Shown here one piece after another: positions 35,840 through 45,119 of a stretch of 64,000 nucleotides of DNA (positions are counted from its first letter, which is position 1; every line of letters starts with the position of its first letter). The DNA lies in NCBI GenBank assembly GCA_965262235.1, contig OZ253504.1, positions 2,582,354 through 2,646,353 on the forward strand, written 5' to 3'. Source of the stretch: Dehalococcoidia bacterium. Lineage in GTDB: Bacteria > Chloroflexota > Dehalococcoidia > Bin125. The notes beneath the pieces are model-generated. The model was not told the origin of the DNA, searched no databases, and saw nothing but the letters and a program-made list of their open reading frames with translations. A program made the translations under genes and the position numbers.

Positions 35840-36619
35840 ATGCCCGACAGCAGCCACGAGGAACACCAGATCGAGGTCGCCGGCCTCCCCATCCAGCTGC
35901 GTCGCGGCGGGTCGGGATCGACGCTGCTGGTGGTGCACCAGGAGACCGGAAATGCCGGCTGGATGCCGTTCCACGATGCGCTCGCGCAGTCACATGATGT
36001 GCTGCTGCCGACGCTGCCGGGCTGGGACGGCACGCAGCGCGGCGAGTGGATGCGCAATCCGCGCGACCTCGCGTCGGTGCTCCAGCTGCTGCTCGACGAG
36101 CTTGCCGTCGAGCGTTGCTCGGTCCTCGGCCTCGGCTTCGGCGGCTTCCTCGCCGCGGAGATGGCGGTCGCCAACCAGGCGCGGATCGATGGCCTGGTGC
36201 TGGTCGGTGCGATGGGCCTGCAGGTCGAGGGCGCGGAGATTCGCGACCAGTTCCTGGAGGGTCACGAGGACTACGTCCAGAGTTGCTTTTACGACGTGGC
36301 GAACTTCCACGCGCTGTTCGGCGAGACGCCTAGCACCGAACAGCTGATCGCGTGGGACGCGAACCGCGAGATGACCGCGCGCACGGCCTGGAAGCCGTTC
36401 CTCTACAGCCAGGGGCTGCCGCATCTGCTGTCCTCGGTGCGCGTGCCTGCGCTGGTGGTGCATCCGGAGCACGACACGGTCGTCCCGCTGGGTTGCGCGG
36501 AGGCCTACGCGCAGCGGCTCGGCAACGCCCGGCTCGAAACGCTGGCGGATGCCGGACACCTCGCCGAGGCGGAGCAGGCCGACGCGCTGGCGGGGATGAT
36601 CACGGGCTTTCTTGGCTAA
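35840..36619 (+). CDS. alpha/beta hydrolase
   Basis: VLGLGFGGFLA nucleophile-elbow-like motif and HDTVVP...H C-terminal region. Start trimmed to the ATG at 35840. Confidence 0.7.
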   Translation: MPDSSHEEHQIEVAGLPIQLRRGGSGSTLLVVHQETGNAGWMPFHDALAQSHDVLLPTLPGWDGTQRGEWMRNPRDLASVLQLLLDELAVERCSVLGLGFGGFLAAEMAVANQARIDGLVLVGAMGLQVEGAEIRDQFLEGHEDYVQSCFYDVANFHALFGETPSTEQLIAWDANREMTARTAWKPFLYSQGLPHLLSSVRVPALVVHPEHDTVVPLGCAEAYAQRLGNARLETLADAGHLAEAEQADALAGMITGFLG

Positions 36620-36652
36620 GCTGACACTGATGGAGGGGAGGGAGCGCCTCGG

Positions 36653-37342
36653 ATGGTGACGACGCGGACACGGCCGGCGGGAGCAGTGGAGGCCGCCGGT
36701 CCGGCCCCCTGGGAGATGCTGACGATCTGTCTACCGGAGGAACTGAAGTTGACCGACGGGCTGCTGGAAGAGCTGAGCGGCCTCAACCCTCACTGGAAGA
36801 TCGAGCGCGGACACGACGGGGAGTTGGTGCTGACGATGGCCTCGGGCGGAGCGAGCGCAGTGATCGGTGGGAAGATTGGTAGCAGGGTCTGGGCGTGGCT
36901 GGAATCTGGCGGCGGTGGAATCGCGCTCGACGCGAGCGCCGGTTACAACGTGATCGACCCCGAGGGCGGCGCGCCGATGCGCAATCCCGACGTGTCCTGG
37001 ATCAGTGACCAACAACTCGAGCCGATGGACGGCGTGCCGCCCCGCGAGGGGTTCTGGGATCTGTGTCCCACGTTCGTAGTCGAAGTACGCTCGCCGAGCG
37101 ACACGGTCGCGGCGCAGCGCCGACGGATGGTCGACTGGATCCGCTTTGGCGCGCAGCTAGGCTGGCTGGTCGACCCGCAAGGCCGTGCGTTGTGGATTTA
37201 TCGGGCAGACGGGGAGCCTGAGCAGCTGGAGCGCCCCGCTGCGGTGAGCGGCGAGCAGGTGCTGGAGGGCTTCGTGTTCGACTTCACGCCGATCTGGACG
37301 ATGCTGGATCGCGGGGACGAAGCGGCTGATCACGCTGAGTGA
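36653..37342 (+). CDS. Uma2-family (DUF820) putative endonuclease, paralog of 19604-20296
   Basis: PTFVVEVRSPSD...RRRMVDWIRFGAQLGWLVDP; highly similar C-terminal half to the other Uma2 copy. Confidence 0.7.
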   Translation: MVTTRTRPAGAVEAAGPAPWEMLTICLPEELKLTDGLLEELSGLNPHWKIERGHDGELVLTMASGGASAVIGGKIGSRVWAWLESGGGGIALDASAGYNVIDPEGGAPMRNPDVSWISDQQLEPMDGVPPREGFWDLCPTFVVEVRSPSDTVAAQRRRMVDWIRFGAQLGWLVDPQGRALWIYRADGEPEQLERPAAVSGEQVLEGFVFDFTPIWTMLDRGDEAADHAE

Positions 37343-37401
37343 AGGGCATGCGCTTTGGTCTCGGCGCGCGGAGGCGATTACGGGCTTTTCCGGTTGAGTG
37401 A

Positions 37402-39544
37402 CTAATGCAGGTGTCGAGCGTCTTCGTTCATCGAGCGACGGTCGGTCTGTTGCTCGCGATCCTGACGCTTGTGTTGTCGGGTTCGTTGGCGCGGGCGCAG
37501 GATCCTCCGCTGGGGGTGGAGGTGCTGTAGGGCGGTTGAGGTTGGGCTGGGACACCGCTTCGGGCAAGATTGGACGCTGGTCTCGCCGCAACGGCGCATC
37601 CTCGCCGCGGACACGCCCGCCGACGCCTGGCGCGTGAGTTCGGCGGTCGGCGTGCCGATTAGCCCGACGCACGTGCGGATTACGATCGAGAATCGAGGCG
37701 CCTGGACCGACGCGCGCAGTGCGGGCGAATTCGTCGCGCAGATCAACCAGGTGCGTCAGTGCAGCCGCTGCGGCTGGTTGAGGCTGCAGCTGAGCGATGA
37801 TCGGCTCGAGCTCCAGACCTACTCGGACGACTGCACCCACCTGACCGCGATCGGCGCTACGGACATCGCGAATCCCATGAGCGAAGGACGGCAGGAGCTG
37901 CGCGTCGCGGCGCGCCGCCTGGCAGGCGGCGGGATCGAACTGGGACTCCAGCGCCGCGCCGAGTCCGGCTGGGACGCTCTCCAGCAGCCGGAGGATTCGA
38001 TCGTCCCCGCCGATCTCACGGTCGGCGTCTGGTATGCCACATCGCCGATCTCGCTGCCGCCGCCGCCGGCCAGCGTGGAAGCCGACCTGCGTCGCGGCGC
38101 ATCGATCGAGAGGGTCGGAGATGAGCTGCAGGTCAGCGTCGACGGCACGACCTACCGCACCAACTGCGGAGAGCTCCAGCTTCGTTCGTTCCGGACGACA
38201 CTGCTGTTGGACACGCGCGACGAGCAGTGCGATCGGTCGGTCGCGCTCGCCACGGTCTGTGCCTCGGCGGACGTGGGCCGCGACTGCGGCGTCCAACGGA
38301 CCCAGGCGTATCGCTGGGAGACGCGCCAGGAGCGCACCGCGAGGTTCGGGCACATACCGCTCACGGAGACGGAGACGGAGACGGAGACGGAGGACGTTGT
38401 CGACGCGATATTCGCCGACTACTTCGCGTCGGGGCGACGCGCTCCGAGAGTGGTCGCCTGGAGCGGTGATACCGCCCACTTCGACGGCGCCAAGAACCAG
38501 ATCGTTCTCTCCGAGAGCAGTTTTGCGTTCGACACCGTCGCACATGAGATGAGTCACGCGCTGCTGTCGGCTGCGCGGATTCGGAATCCCGGCCACGACG
38601 GCTCGCACACCGCGCTGATCATGGAATTTTGGGGGCGCTACGTACTGCTGATTGATGTTTCTGAGGCGCGAGCTGACGCGCGCGCGAGCGATCTCGATGT
38701 CGCCGAGCGACCGCGTCCGGCCCCGCGAGGCGACGCTGGCATCGTGGCGGTGCGAGACATTCTCTGCGCTGAGTCCGTGACGTCGGACGCGCTCTGCCGC
38801 GCCTTCGATGGGCAGATGTCAGTGCTCGGCGCGCAGGCGACCACTGACCTATACCTCGGCAGTGGGAGGCGCGGTGACGATTTGTCGTGGACGACGGGCG
38901 TTGATTCCCAGACGAGCGGCATGTGGACCTCTATCAGGCAGGACGCTGCAGTCGTGGGGGCGTCGGACGCGCGGGCGCTATTTCGGGTCAGATGCACCAC
39001 CGCAGACGAACTTGATCTCCGTGTTTGGTGGTCCGGCGTTCCCGACCTCAATGGTGAGGTGACCTACCAAATCGGAGAACTTCAGGCCGTCGACGCTCGC
39101 TGGCTCACCGGCAGCGGCAGCGGGCCGGGCGGACCGTGGCTGTATCACCAGGCGCCGGGTCCTATGGGCATTGCGCGCGCGTTCAGCTGGGCCGCCCGTT
39201 CAGGCGGAGAGCTGAGCTTCAGCTTCGAGCTCTACGGGCGGATTTATTCAACCACGTTCGATCTCGATGCGATCTTCAACACACCGGCGCAACCGAATCT
39301 CGCGCAGTGTGGGTCGCTCGCGGAGCCGCCGGCGCTCGGTGAACCGGTCACGGGGTTTTGTCGGTACGGCCCGCATTTCTGGTGGAACACGCAGCTGAAC
39401 TCCGAGACGGGCGCGCTGCTCACCGCTGTGGTCCGCGAGACGGCAGTCGAGGGAGCGGATGCGGCGCTCGCGCGCCTCCGGGTCGTATGTGTGTACGACG
39501 ACACGCTGGCTGTGACCTGTGGTGGCGTGGCGTTCCGGAACTGA
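37402..39544 (+). pseudogene. secreted HExxH-motif protein gene with an apparent frameshift after the signal peptide
   Basis: 37402-37530 encodes a signal peptide (MQVSSVFVHRATVGLLLAILTLVLSGSLARAQDPPLGVEVL*) ending in a stop. The 691-aa ORF (37469-39544) continues in the +1 frame. A G5 run at 37512-37516 is the likely indel site. Body contains FAFDTVAHEMSHALL (HExxH). Confidence 0.45.
38363..38392. repeat. (ACGGAG)x5 hexanucleotide microsatellite encoding (TE)5
   Basis: Five perfect tandem ACGGAG copies inside the HExxH ORF. Confidence 0.9.
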
Positions 39545-39813
39545 GCCCCGATGTGAGCTTGCGGATCGGTGAGCTTCCGCAGCAGGACGTGACCTCGCTG
39601 ACGAGCATTGGCAGATGGGGGGACAACGACTGGAGCTTCCACGGGGCGCCGGACTCTCGCTCGCTCGTGCAGGCGCTCGGTTGGGCCGCCGGCGCCGGCG
39701 CCAACTTCAGCGTCAGCTTCGTGAGCGACGGGGCGACCTACAGCGCCAGCTTCGACCGCGACGGGCTCTTCGAGACACCCGTCCAGCCCAACCTCGCGCG
39801 CTGTGGGCATTAG
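39515..39813 (+). pseudogene. frameshifted second copy of the about 95-aa C-terminal domain of the HExxH protein
   Basis: Alternate frame reads DLWWRGVPELSPDVSLRIGEL...FSVSFVSDGATYSASFDRDGLFETPVQPNLARCGH, paralogous to RVWWSGVPDLNGEVTYQIGEL...FSFELYGRIYSTTFDLDAIFNTPAQPNLAQCGS upstream. A 1-nt deletion relative to copy 1 lies just before TGGTGG. Confidence 0.4.
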
Positions 39814-39843
39814 ACTGCCCGCCAACGACTGAAGGAGACCGCC

Positions 39844-41091
39844 ATGCATTTGATGTACTTCACCGAGCAACCGATGTCGGCCTATGACGAGGCGTCGGCT
39901 GAGGAGGGCGTGACGGCGCTGCTGTTCCCCAACTCCAACTTCGACTCGGAGGCGGGCAGCCGCCTCTACCGCGACCGCCTGACCGAATACCAGTTCGCCG
40001 AGGAGGTCGGGGTCGACGGGATCATGCTGAACGAGCATCACAACGCGCCGTTCTGCATGCAGGCGAAGTGCAACATCTGGGCTGCCGTGCTCGCCGGCGC
40101 GACCGAACGGGTGAAGATCGTGCTGCTCGGCAACCCGCTGCCGCTGGCCGACAACCCGATCCGGCTCGCCGAAGAGCTCGCGATGATCGACATGATCTCG
40201 CAGGGCCGGCTCGTCTCGGGCTTCGTCCGCGGCGGCGGTTCCGAGCAACTCGCGACCGGCGTCAACCCGGCCTACAACCGCGAACGCTTCGAGGAGGCCC
40301 ACGACCTGATCGTCGAGGCCTGGACGCGGCCCGGTCCGTTCCGCTGGGAGGGCAACCACTACCAGCACCGCGTGGTCAATCCCTGGGCGACGCCGATGCA
40401 GCAGCCGCATCCGCGGATCTGGATTCCCGGTGTGCTCTCGCGCGAGACGGTGGTCTGGGCGGCCAAGCACCGCTACCCCTACATCGCGCTGAACACCACG
40501 ATCGAGGCGACCAAGCGGATCTGGCAGACCTACGACGAATCGGCGCACGAGGTTGGCTACGACCCGGGCCCCGAGAACCGCGGGTACCTGCTGCGCGTGC
40601 ACGTCGCGGACACGACCGAAAAGGCGATCGAGAACGCGTCGCAGTTCATGTGGATGCAGGGTGAGTTCACCGGCCTCGCGCATCCGGTCTGGAGCAACCC
40701 GGCCGGCTACGCCTCGCCGCGCAACCGCGAGGCGTTGGTCGAGGTGATGAACGGGCGCCGCCCGCCGCCGCGCGCGAGCACCTTCGAGAACCAGATCGAA
40801 AACATGCAGATCATCGCCGGCACGCCCGACGAGTGCATCGCCAAGCTGCGGATCATCCTCGAAGCGACGCGGCCCGGCATCCTCGCGCTGTGGGGCAACG
40901 ACGGCCGCGTGACGCATGAGGACTCGATGCGCTGCATCGAGCTGCTCGGCACCGAAGTCATGCCCGCCGTCCGCGAAATCGGCGCCGAGCTGGACCTCGA
41001 CGGGCCGTTCGACTCCGAGCCGCCGGTCAGCATCCGCTACGACGAAGCCGCTCAGGCGCGAGTCGCGGCGGGCGCAGCGGCCGGCGACTAA
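39844..41091 (+). CDS. LLM-class flavin-dependent oxidoreductase (luciferase-like monooxygenase)
   Basis: MHLMYFTEQP start, TIM-barrel LLM pattern, 415 aa. Confidence 0.85.
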   Translation: MHLMYFTEQPMSAYDEASAEEGVTALLFPNSNFDSEAGSRLYRDRLTEYQFAEEVGVDGIMLNEHHNAPFCMQAKCNIWAAVLAGATERVKIVLLGNPLPLADNPIRLAEELAMIDMISQGRLVSGFVRGGGSEQLATGVNPAYNRERFEEAHDLIVEAWTRPGPFRWEGNHYQHRVVNPWATPMQQPHPRIWIPGVLSRETVVWAAKHRYPYIALNTTIEATKRIWQTYDESAHEVGYDPGPENRGYLLRVHVADTTEKAIENASQFMWMQGEFTGLAHPVWSNPAGYASPRNREALVEVMNGRRPPPRASTFENQIENMQIIAGTPDECIAKLRIILEATRPGILALWGNDGRVTHEDSMRCIELLGTEVMPAVREIGAELDLDGPFDSEPPVSIRYDEAAQARVAAGAAAGD

Positions 41092-41136
41092 CCGACCAAC
41101 ACGCTCGCCAACACGTTCGAAGGCACTGAGGAGATC

Positions 41137-41913
41137 ATGGCAACCATCGACATTCTGCTGCACGGCTACTCGTTCGGGACCGACTCGGGCACGCCGGCGT
41201 TTTGCAGCGTCATCCTGGTCGAGTCCGAGGGGCGTCGGGTGCTGGTCGACACGGCGCACGTCGGCCGTCGGGTCCAGCTCCAGGAGGCGCTCGCTGCGCG
41301 CGGCCTGACCGCCGACGACATCGACGTGATCCTGATGACGCACGCGCACTGGGACCACGTGCAGAACTTCGACGCGTTCCCGAACACGCCGATGGCGATC
41401 CACCCGTGGGAGCGCAAGTACGCCAGCGATCCGCACGTCAACGACTGGGCCACGCCCAAGTGGACCGGCGCGGCGATCGAGACGCACACGCTGCAGGAAG
41501 TCAGCGAGGGCGACGAGTTGGCCAAGGGCGTCACAGTGATCGATCTGCCGGGTCACTCGCCCGGCAGCATCGGCCTGCTGGTCGAGACCGAGGCGGGTCT
41601 TGCGGGCCTGACCGGCGATGCGATGCACACCGCGGCGGCCGGGATCGCGGGGCGCAGCCCGCTGGTCTTCTACAACGAGACGCAGGCCAACGACAGCATC
41701 GCCAAGATCGTCTCCGCAGCCGAGTTGCTCTACCCGGGCCACGACCAGCCGTTCCGGATCGTCGATGGCGCGCCGGTCTACATCGAGCCGTTCAAGCTGA
41801 CGCTCTCGGGCGTACAGCCACAGATGGAGGGGCTCACCTTCGCGCCGCCGCCGGCGGGTCCGATCGTGCCCTGGATCATGCCGGGCATCGGGGATCAGCC
41901 GACGTACGACTAA
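41137..41913 (+). CDS. MBL-fold metallo-hydrolase
   Basis: THAHWDH metal-binding motif and DLPGHSPG. Confidence 0.8.
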   Translation: MATIDILLHGYSFGTDSGTPAFCSVILVESEGRRVLVDTAHVGRRVQLQEALAARGLTADDIDVILMTHAHWDHVQNFDAFPNTPMAIHPWERKYASDPHVNDWATPKWTGAAIETHTLQEVSEGDELAKGVTVIDLPGHSPGSIGLLVETEAGLAGLTGDAMHTAAAGIAGRSPLVFYNETQANDSIAKIVSAAELLYPGHDQPFRIVDGAPVYIEPFKLTLSGVQPQMEGLTFAPPPAGPIVPWIMPGIGDQPTYD

Positions 41914-41926
41914 GCTCCGCCAGCGG

Positions 41927-42811
41927 GTGCGCATCGCGCGAATCGGCGGCCGTCGGGTCGCGTATGAAACGTATGGCGACCCGCGCGGCCAACCCGTCCT
42001 GATCATTCACGGCGCCTGGGGCGGGCCGTCGTCCAGCCTGTGGAACGGGCCGCGCCTGCGTTGGTCAGCGCCCACCGATGGTCTGCGCCTGATCTGGTAC
42101 GACCGCCGGTGCGCCGGTCTCTCGCAGTACGACACGCAGCCGTTCGCACTCGAGGACCTGGCATACGATGCCGTCGAGGTTCTCGACTACCTGCAGATTG
42201 AACGGGCCGCGGTCATCGCGACTTCCGCAGGTGGTCCGATCGGCATGAGATTGGCGCTCGGTCATCCGGACCGGGTCTCAGCCCTGGTGCTGCTCAACAC
42301 GGGCGCGGCGTTGATGTCGTTGAATCCAACGGGAGTCAATCTCGACGACCCGTTCGTCGCTGATCGGCTCGAGACGGTCGCCAGGCGCATCGGGCTGTTG
42401 AAACTCATGGAATCCAAGGGCGTCGAGGCGGCGATTCAGCAATCCGAAGAGGAGTGGCGAACGCCGCCGGAGCCGGAGAGCGCGGATCCAGAGCTGGCTG
42501 CGTTTCGAGCGAATCGTCTGCGTGCCCTGAGCCGGTTGTCGCAAAGCGAGCTGGTGCGGCTGGGGCGAGGAGCCTTGCTGAACATGCAGGCGCAGCGGGG
42601 CATTGACCTTGCTGATCGACTGCACGGGATCAACTGTCCGACTCTGATCGTCCACGGAGATGCCGACACGACCGTGCCCATCGACTTCGGACGCGCCACG
42701 GCTGAGCGGATCTCAGGAGCCGAACTCGCCATTCTCCATGCCGCTGGCCACGGTCTGATCGCTCATGCCCAAGCGCAGTCCATGCTGGCAAAGTGGTTGT
42801 TGGGAGTCTAG
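41927..42811 (+). CDS. alpha/beta hydrolase
   Basis: VLIIHGAWGG, ATSAGG nucleophile elbow, C-terminal HGDADTTVP...AGH. Confidence 0.75.
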   Translation: MRIARIGGRRVAYETYGDPRGQPVLIIHGAWGGPSSSLWNGPRLRWSAPTDGLRLIWYDRRCAGLSQYDTQPFALEDLAYDAVEVLDYLQIERAAVIATSAGGPIGMRLALGHPDRVSALVLLNTGAALMSLNPTGVNLDDPFVADRLETVARRIGLLKLMESKGVEAAIQQSEEEWRTPPEPESADPELAAFRANRLRALSRLSQSELVRLGRGALLNMQAQRGIDLADRLHGINCPTLIVHGDADTTVPIDFGRATAERISGAELAILHAAGHGLIAHAQAQSMLAKWLLGV

Positions 42812-42820
42812 AATCGGGAC

Positions 42821-43039
42821 ATGACCACGACAGAGCCCAGTCCGGCAACCTCGCAGATCAGCGAACGCGCCCGCCAGCGCGGAGTCGAGTTGTGGAGCGG
42901 CGAAGAACTGGTCGACATGCTGGACAAGATCTGCGAAGGCATGACTCAGGAAGAGCGCGAAGCGCTGGCCGACGAATTGGACCCCAAATGGCGCGACGAT
43001 GGCGGGCCTGAGTGGCGAACGGCGGACGATTTCAGTTGA
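42821..43039 (+). CDS. small hypothetical protein, possible antitoxin of the downstream PIN gene
   Basis: 72-aa acidic ORF immediately upstream of and overlapping the PIN gene. Confidence 0.35.
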   Translation: MTTTEPSPATSQISERARQRGVELWSGEELVDMLDKICEGMTQEEREALADELDPKWRDDGGPEWRTADDFS

Positions 43040-43481
43040 TACCAATGTGCTCAGCGCCATAGTGGGGCGGAGCGATGTCGGGGGCGCCTACCGAGATTTG
43101 TTGCGAAACTTCAGCGCGGTGGTGACGTATTTTGTGCGCGCTGAAATACAGGTGATCGACTGGCGACCAGCGGCATGGGACATCCTTGCAGTCTTTCTCA
43201 AAGATGATAATGCGTTTGACCCGCCAGGCTATGATGTGATCGAAGAGTATGTGCAGCTCAAACGGACAGCCATTGCGCTTGGCTTGCGCTATGGCGCAGA
43301 GCGGGAAGATCTCTGGATGCTGGCCCAGACTCGTAGCGTACAGCTGCCGGTGATGACTCACGATCGCAACGCCGCTCGCGTAGCACGGGCGGTTGGAATG
43401 CCAGTGGTGACCGCGTTATCCGACATCGAGGCGGACTACGCCCGTGATCGCGGGAGATTGGCGAGAACTCGATCGCGCTAA
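42999..43481 (+). CDS. PIN-domain ribonuclease (VapC-like toxin)
   Basis: ISVDTNVLSAIV N-terminus and EDLWMLAQTRSVQLPVMTHDRNAARVA C-terminus. Paralogous to the PIN ORF at 555-1043. Confidence 0.6.
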   Translation: MAGLSGERRTISVDTNVLSAIVGRSDVGGAYRDLLRNFSAVVTYFVRAEIQVIDWRPAAWDILAVFLKDDNAFDPPGYDVIEEYVQLKRTAIALGLRYGAEREDLWMLAQTRSVQLPVMTHDRNAARVARAVGMPVVTALSDIEADYARDRGRLARTRSR

Positions 43482-43518
43482 CTAAGTTCCAAGAACATCG
43501 CGCCCCAATGCGCCTCGA

Positions 43519-43866
43519 TCACTCTTCCTCAATCTCGATATCAGACCAGTCGTAAGCGTAGACCTGCGTGACCATTCCGCGCCACCAATGATCATTTTCC
43601 AGATTCAGCTGCATGCCTTCGGGCGCAAAACCCGCGCTGGGGCGCATTGTCGCCTTGCTCACCGCAATCGCAGGAAGCCATGGTCGCTGGTGTTTGCGAC
43701 AGACTTCGTCGCGGATGTAGCCCAACGGTAGGTTTACTCCTGGCGGGAACAGGCCGGTTGCATCCGCTAGCTCCTGATACGTGATTGTACGCATGTCTTG
43801 CGCGCGCTGCTTTAGTATCGCGAGCACTCTGTCGGTCTTGGCTGGAACTCTTACACGTTCGCTCAT
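43519..43866 (-). CDS. hypothetical protein with MGMT-like/winged-helix DNA-binding-type segment (no catalytic Cys)
   Basis: TITYQELADATGLFP...LGYIRDEVCRKHQRPWLPAIAVS resembles the Ogt/Ada C-terminal DNA-binding region but lacks PCHR. 4-bp overlap with the upstream CoA-transferase gene. Confidence 0.35.
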   Translation of the reverse strand: MSERVRVPAKTDRVLAILKQRAQDMRTITYQELADATGLFPPGVNLPLGYIRDEVCRKHQRPWLPAIAVSKATMRPSAGFAPEGMQLNLENDHWWRGMVTQVYAYDWSDIEIEEE

Positions 43867-45119
43867 GACAGCTCCGACAACACCTCGGCGGTGTGCTCGC
43901 CGAGCAGTGGTGGGCGCCTTGTGATTCCCCAGCTTCCCTTGGTGAGCTGATAGGGGGCGCCTGGATAGATCACTTCGCGACCCAGCTCCGGGTGTTCCAC
44001 CTTGACCTGCATGCCGCGGTCGACGAAGTGCGGGTCTTCGAGCGCCTCCTCGGGGCTGTGAATCACGCCGACCTGGAAGCCGAGGTTCTGGGCTTTGGTG
44101 AAGAACTCGTAGGCGCTGAGTTTCGACGCCAGCAGGTCGAAGGCCTGTCGGCCGGCGCCGAAGATCGCGAGCAGTTCCTCGTTGTTGCTGTTGAAGACAT
44201 CCGCCAGGGAGAACGATTCCAGCCCGGCGCCAACCTGCAGGAGCGCCGCTTCGGGAAGTTCATCCAGGAGGCCTTCCTCTTCCAACCAGCGGTAGACGAT
44301 GCCGAACTCGGCTGGGCGACGAGCCGGGATGCCGGTGTTGACGTAGCGACCGTCGGCACACTTGATCTGCGATGGCATCGACGGTGCGACGCCGGCGTGA
44401 CGGCCAGTCTGCCGTTGCACGGTCGCATGTGCGACCAACCATGAGTACGAACCGGATTCGGTCGTCACGTTGACGGATGCGTTGATATTGACGTTGATGT
44501 GCTGGCCGAGACCCGTGAGATCGCGATGTAGCAACGCTGTCAGAATCGACATAAAGGCGTAGTTTGAGCCCGTGTGATACGCCTGCTGTCCGCCGCCGCG
44601 CACCGGTGGCAACGAGTGATCGTCGTACCCGTTCATCCAGGTGAAGCCGCCGTTGGCGGCCAGTGTCAGGTCCGTGTGAGGCTCGTCGTCCCTCACCGAC
44701 CCGAAGCCGAAATTGGTGATCGTGCACCAGATCAACTTTGGGTTGTCGGACATCAGCTGATCAAACGACAGACCCAGGCGACCAACCGGATCGTATGTAG
44801 CGGTGTCGAAGATCACGTCGGCTGACTGCACCAGCTTGACGAATGCGTCGGCGTTGGACTGGTCGTCGAAGTCCATCACGATGCTGCGCTTGGACGTGTT
44901 GTAGTACCAGAAGAACAGCGATCGCTCACTGTCCGGTTCGTCGTCGACGAACGGTTCATACTGCCGCGACGGGTCGCCTTCCGGCGGCTCGATCTTGATC
45001 ACGTCGGCGCCCATGTCGGCCATCAGCTTGCCGCACCAGGCGCCGCGCTCATCACCGATCTCGAGCACGCGAAGGTCGTCGAGGGCCATCATCGCCAGGG
45101 GATTTGAGCTGGTTGTCAT
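43863..45119 (-). CDS. family III CoA-transferase (CaiB/BaiF)
   Basis: LRVLEIGDERGAWCGKLMADMGADVIKIEPPEGDP; 418 aa. Confidence 0.85.
   Translation of the reverse strand: MTTSSNPLAMMALDDLRVLEIGDERGAWCGKLMADMGADVIKIEPPEGDPSRQYEPFVDDEPDSERSLFFWYYNTSKRSIVMDFDDQSNADAFVKLVQSADVIFDTATYDPVGRLGLSFDQLMSDNPKLIWCTITNFGFGSVRDDEPHTDLTLAANGGFTWMNGYDDHSLPPVRGGGQQAYHTGSNYAFMSILTALLHRDLTGLGQHINVNINASVNVTTESGSYSWLVAHATVQRQTGRHAGVAPSMPSQIKCADGRYVNTGIPARRPAEFGIVYRWLEEEGLLDELPEAALLQVGAGLESFSLADVFNSNNEELLAIFGAGRQAFDLLASKLSAYEFFTKAQNLGFQVGVIHSPEEALEDPHFVDRGMQVKVEHPELGREVIYPGAPYQLTKGSWGITRRPPLLGEHTAEVLSELS

Noticed and set aside
37157-38608. 483-aa minus-strand ORF
   Set aside because: Antisense to the HExxH protein body; Arg-rich, no domain signatures.
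39244-42006. 920-aa ORF on the minus strand
   Set aside because: Antisense to the LLM oxidoreductase, MBL hydrolase and alpha/beta hydrolase genes, which have clear motifs; no motifs of its own.
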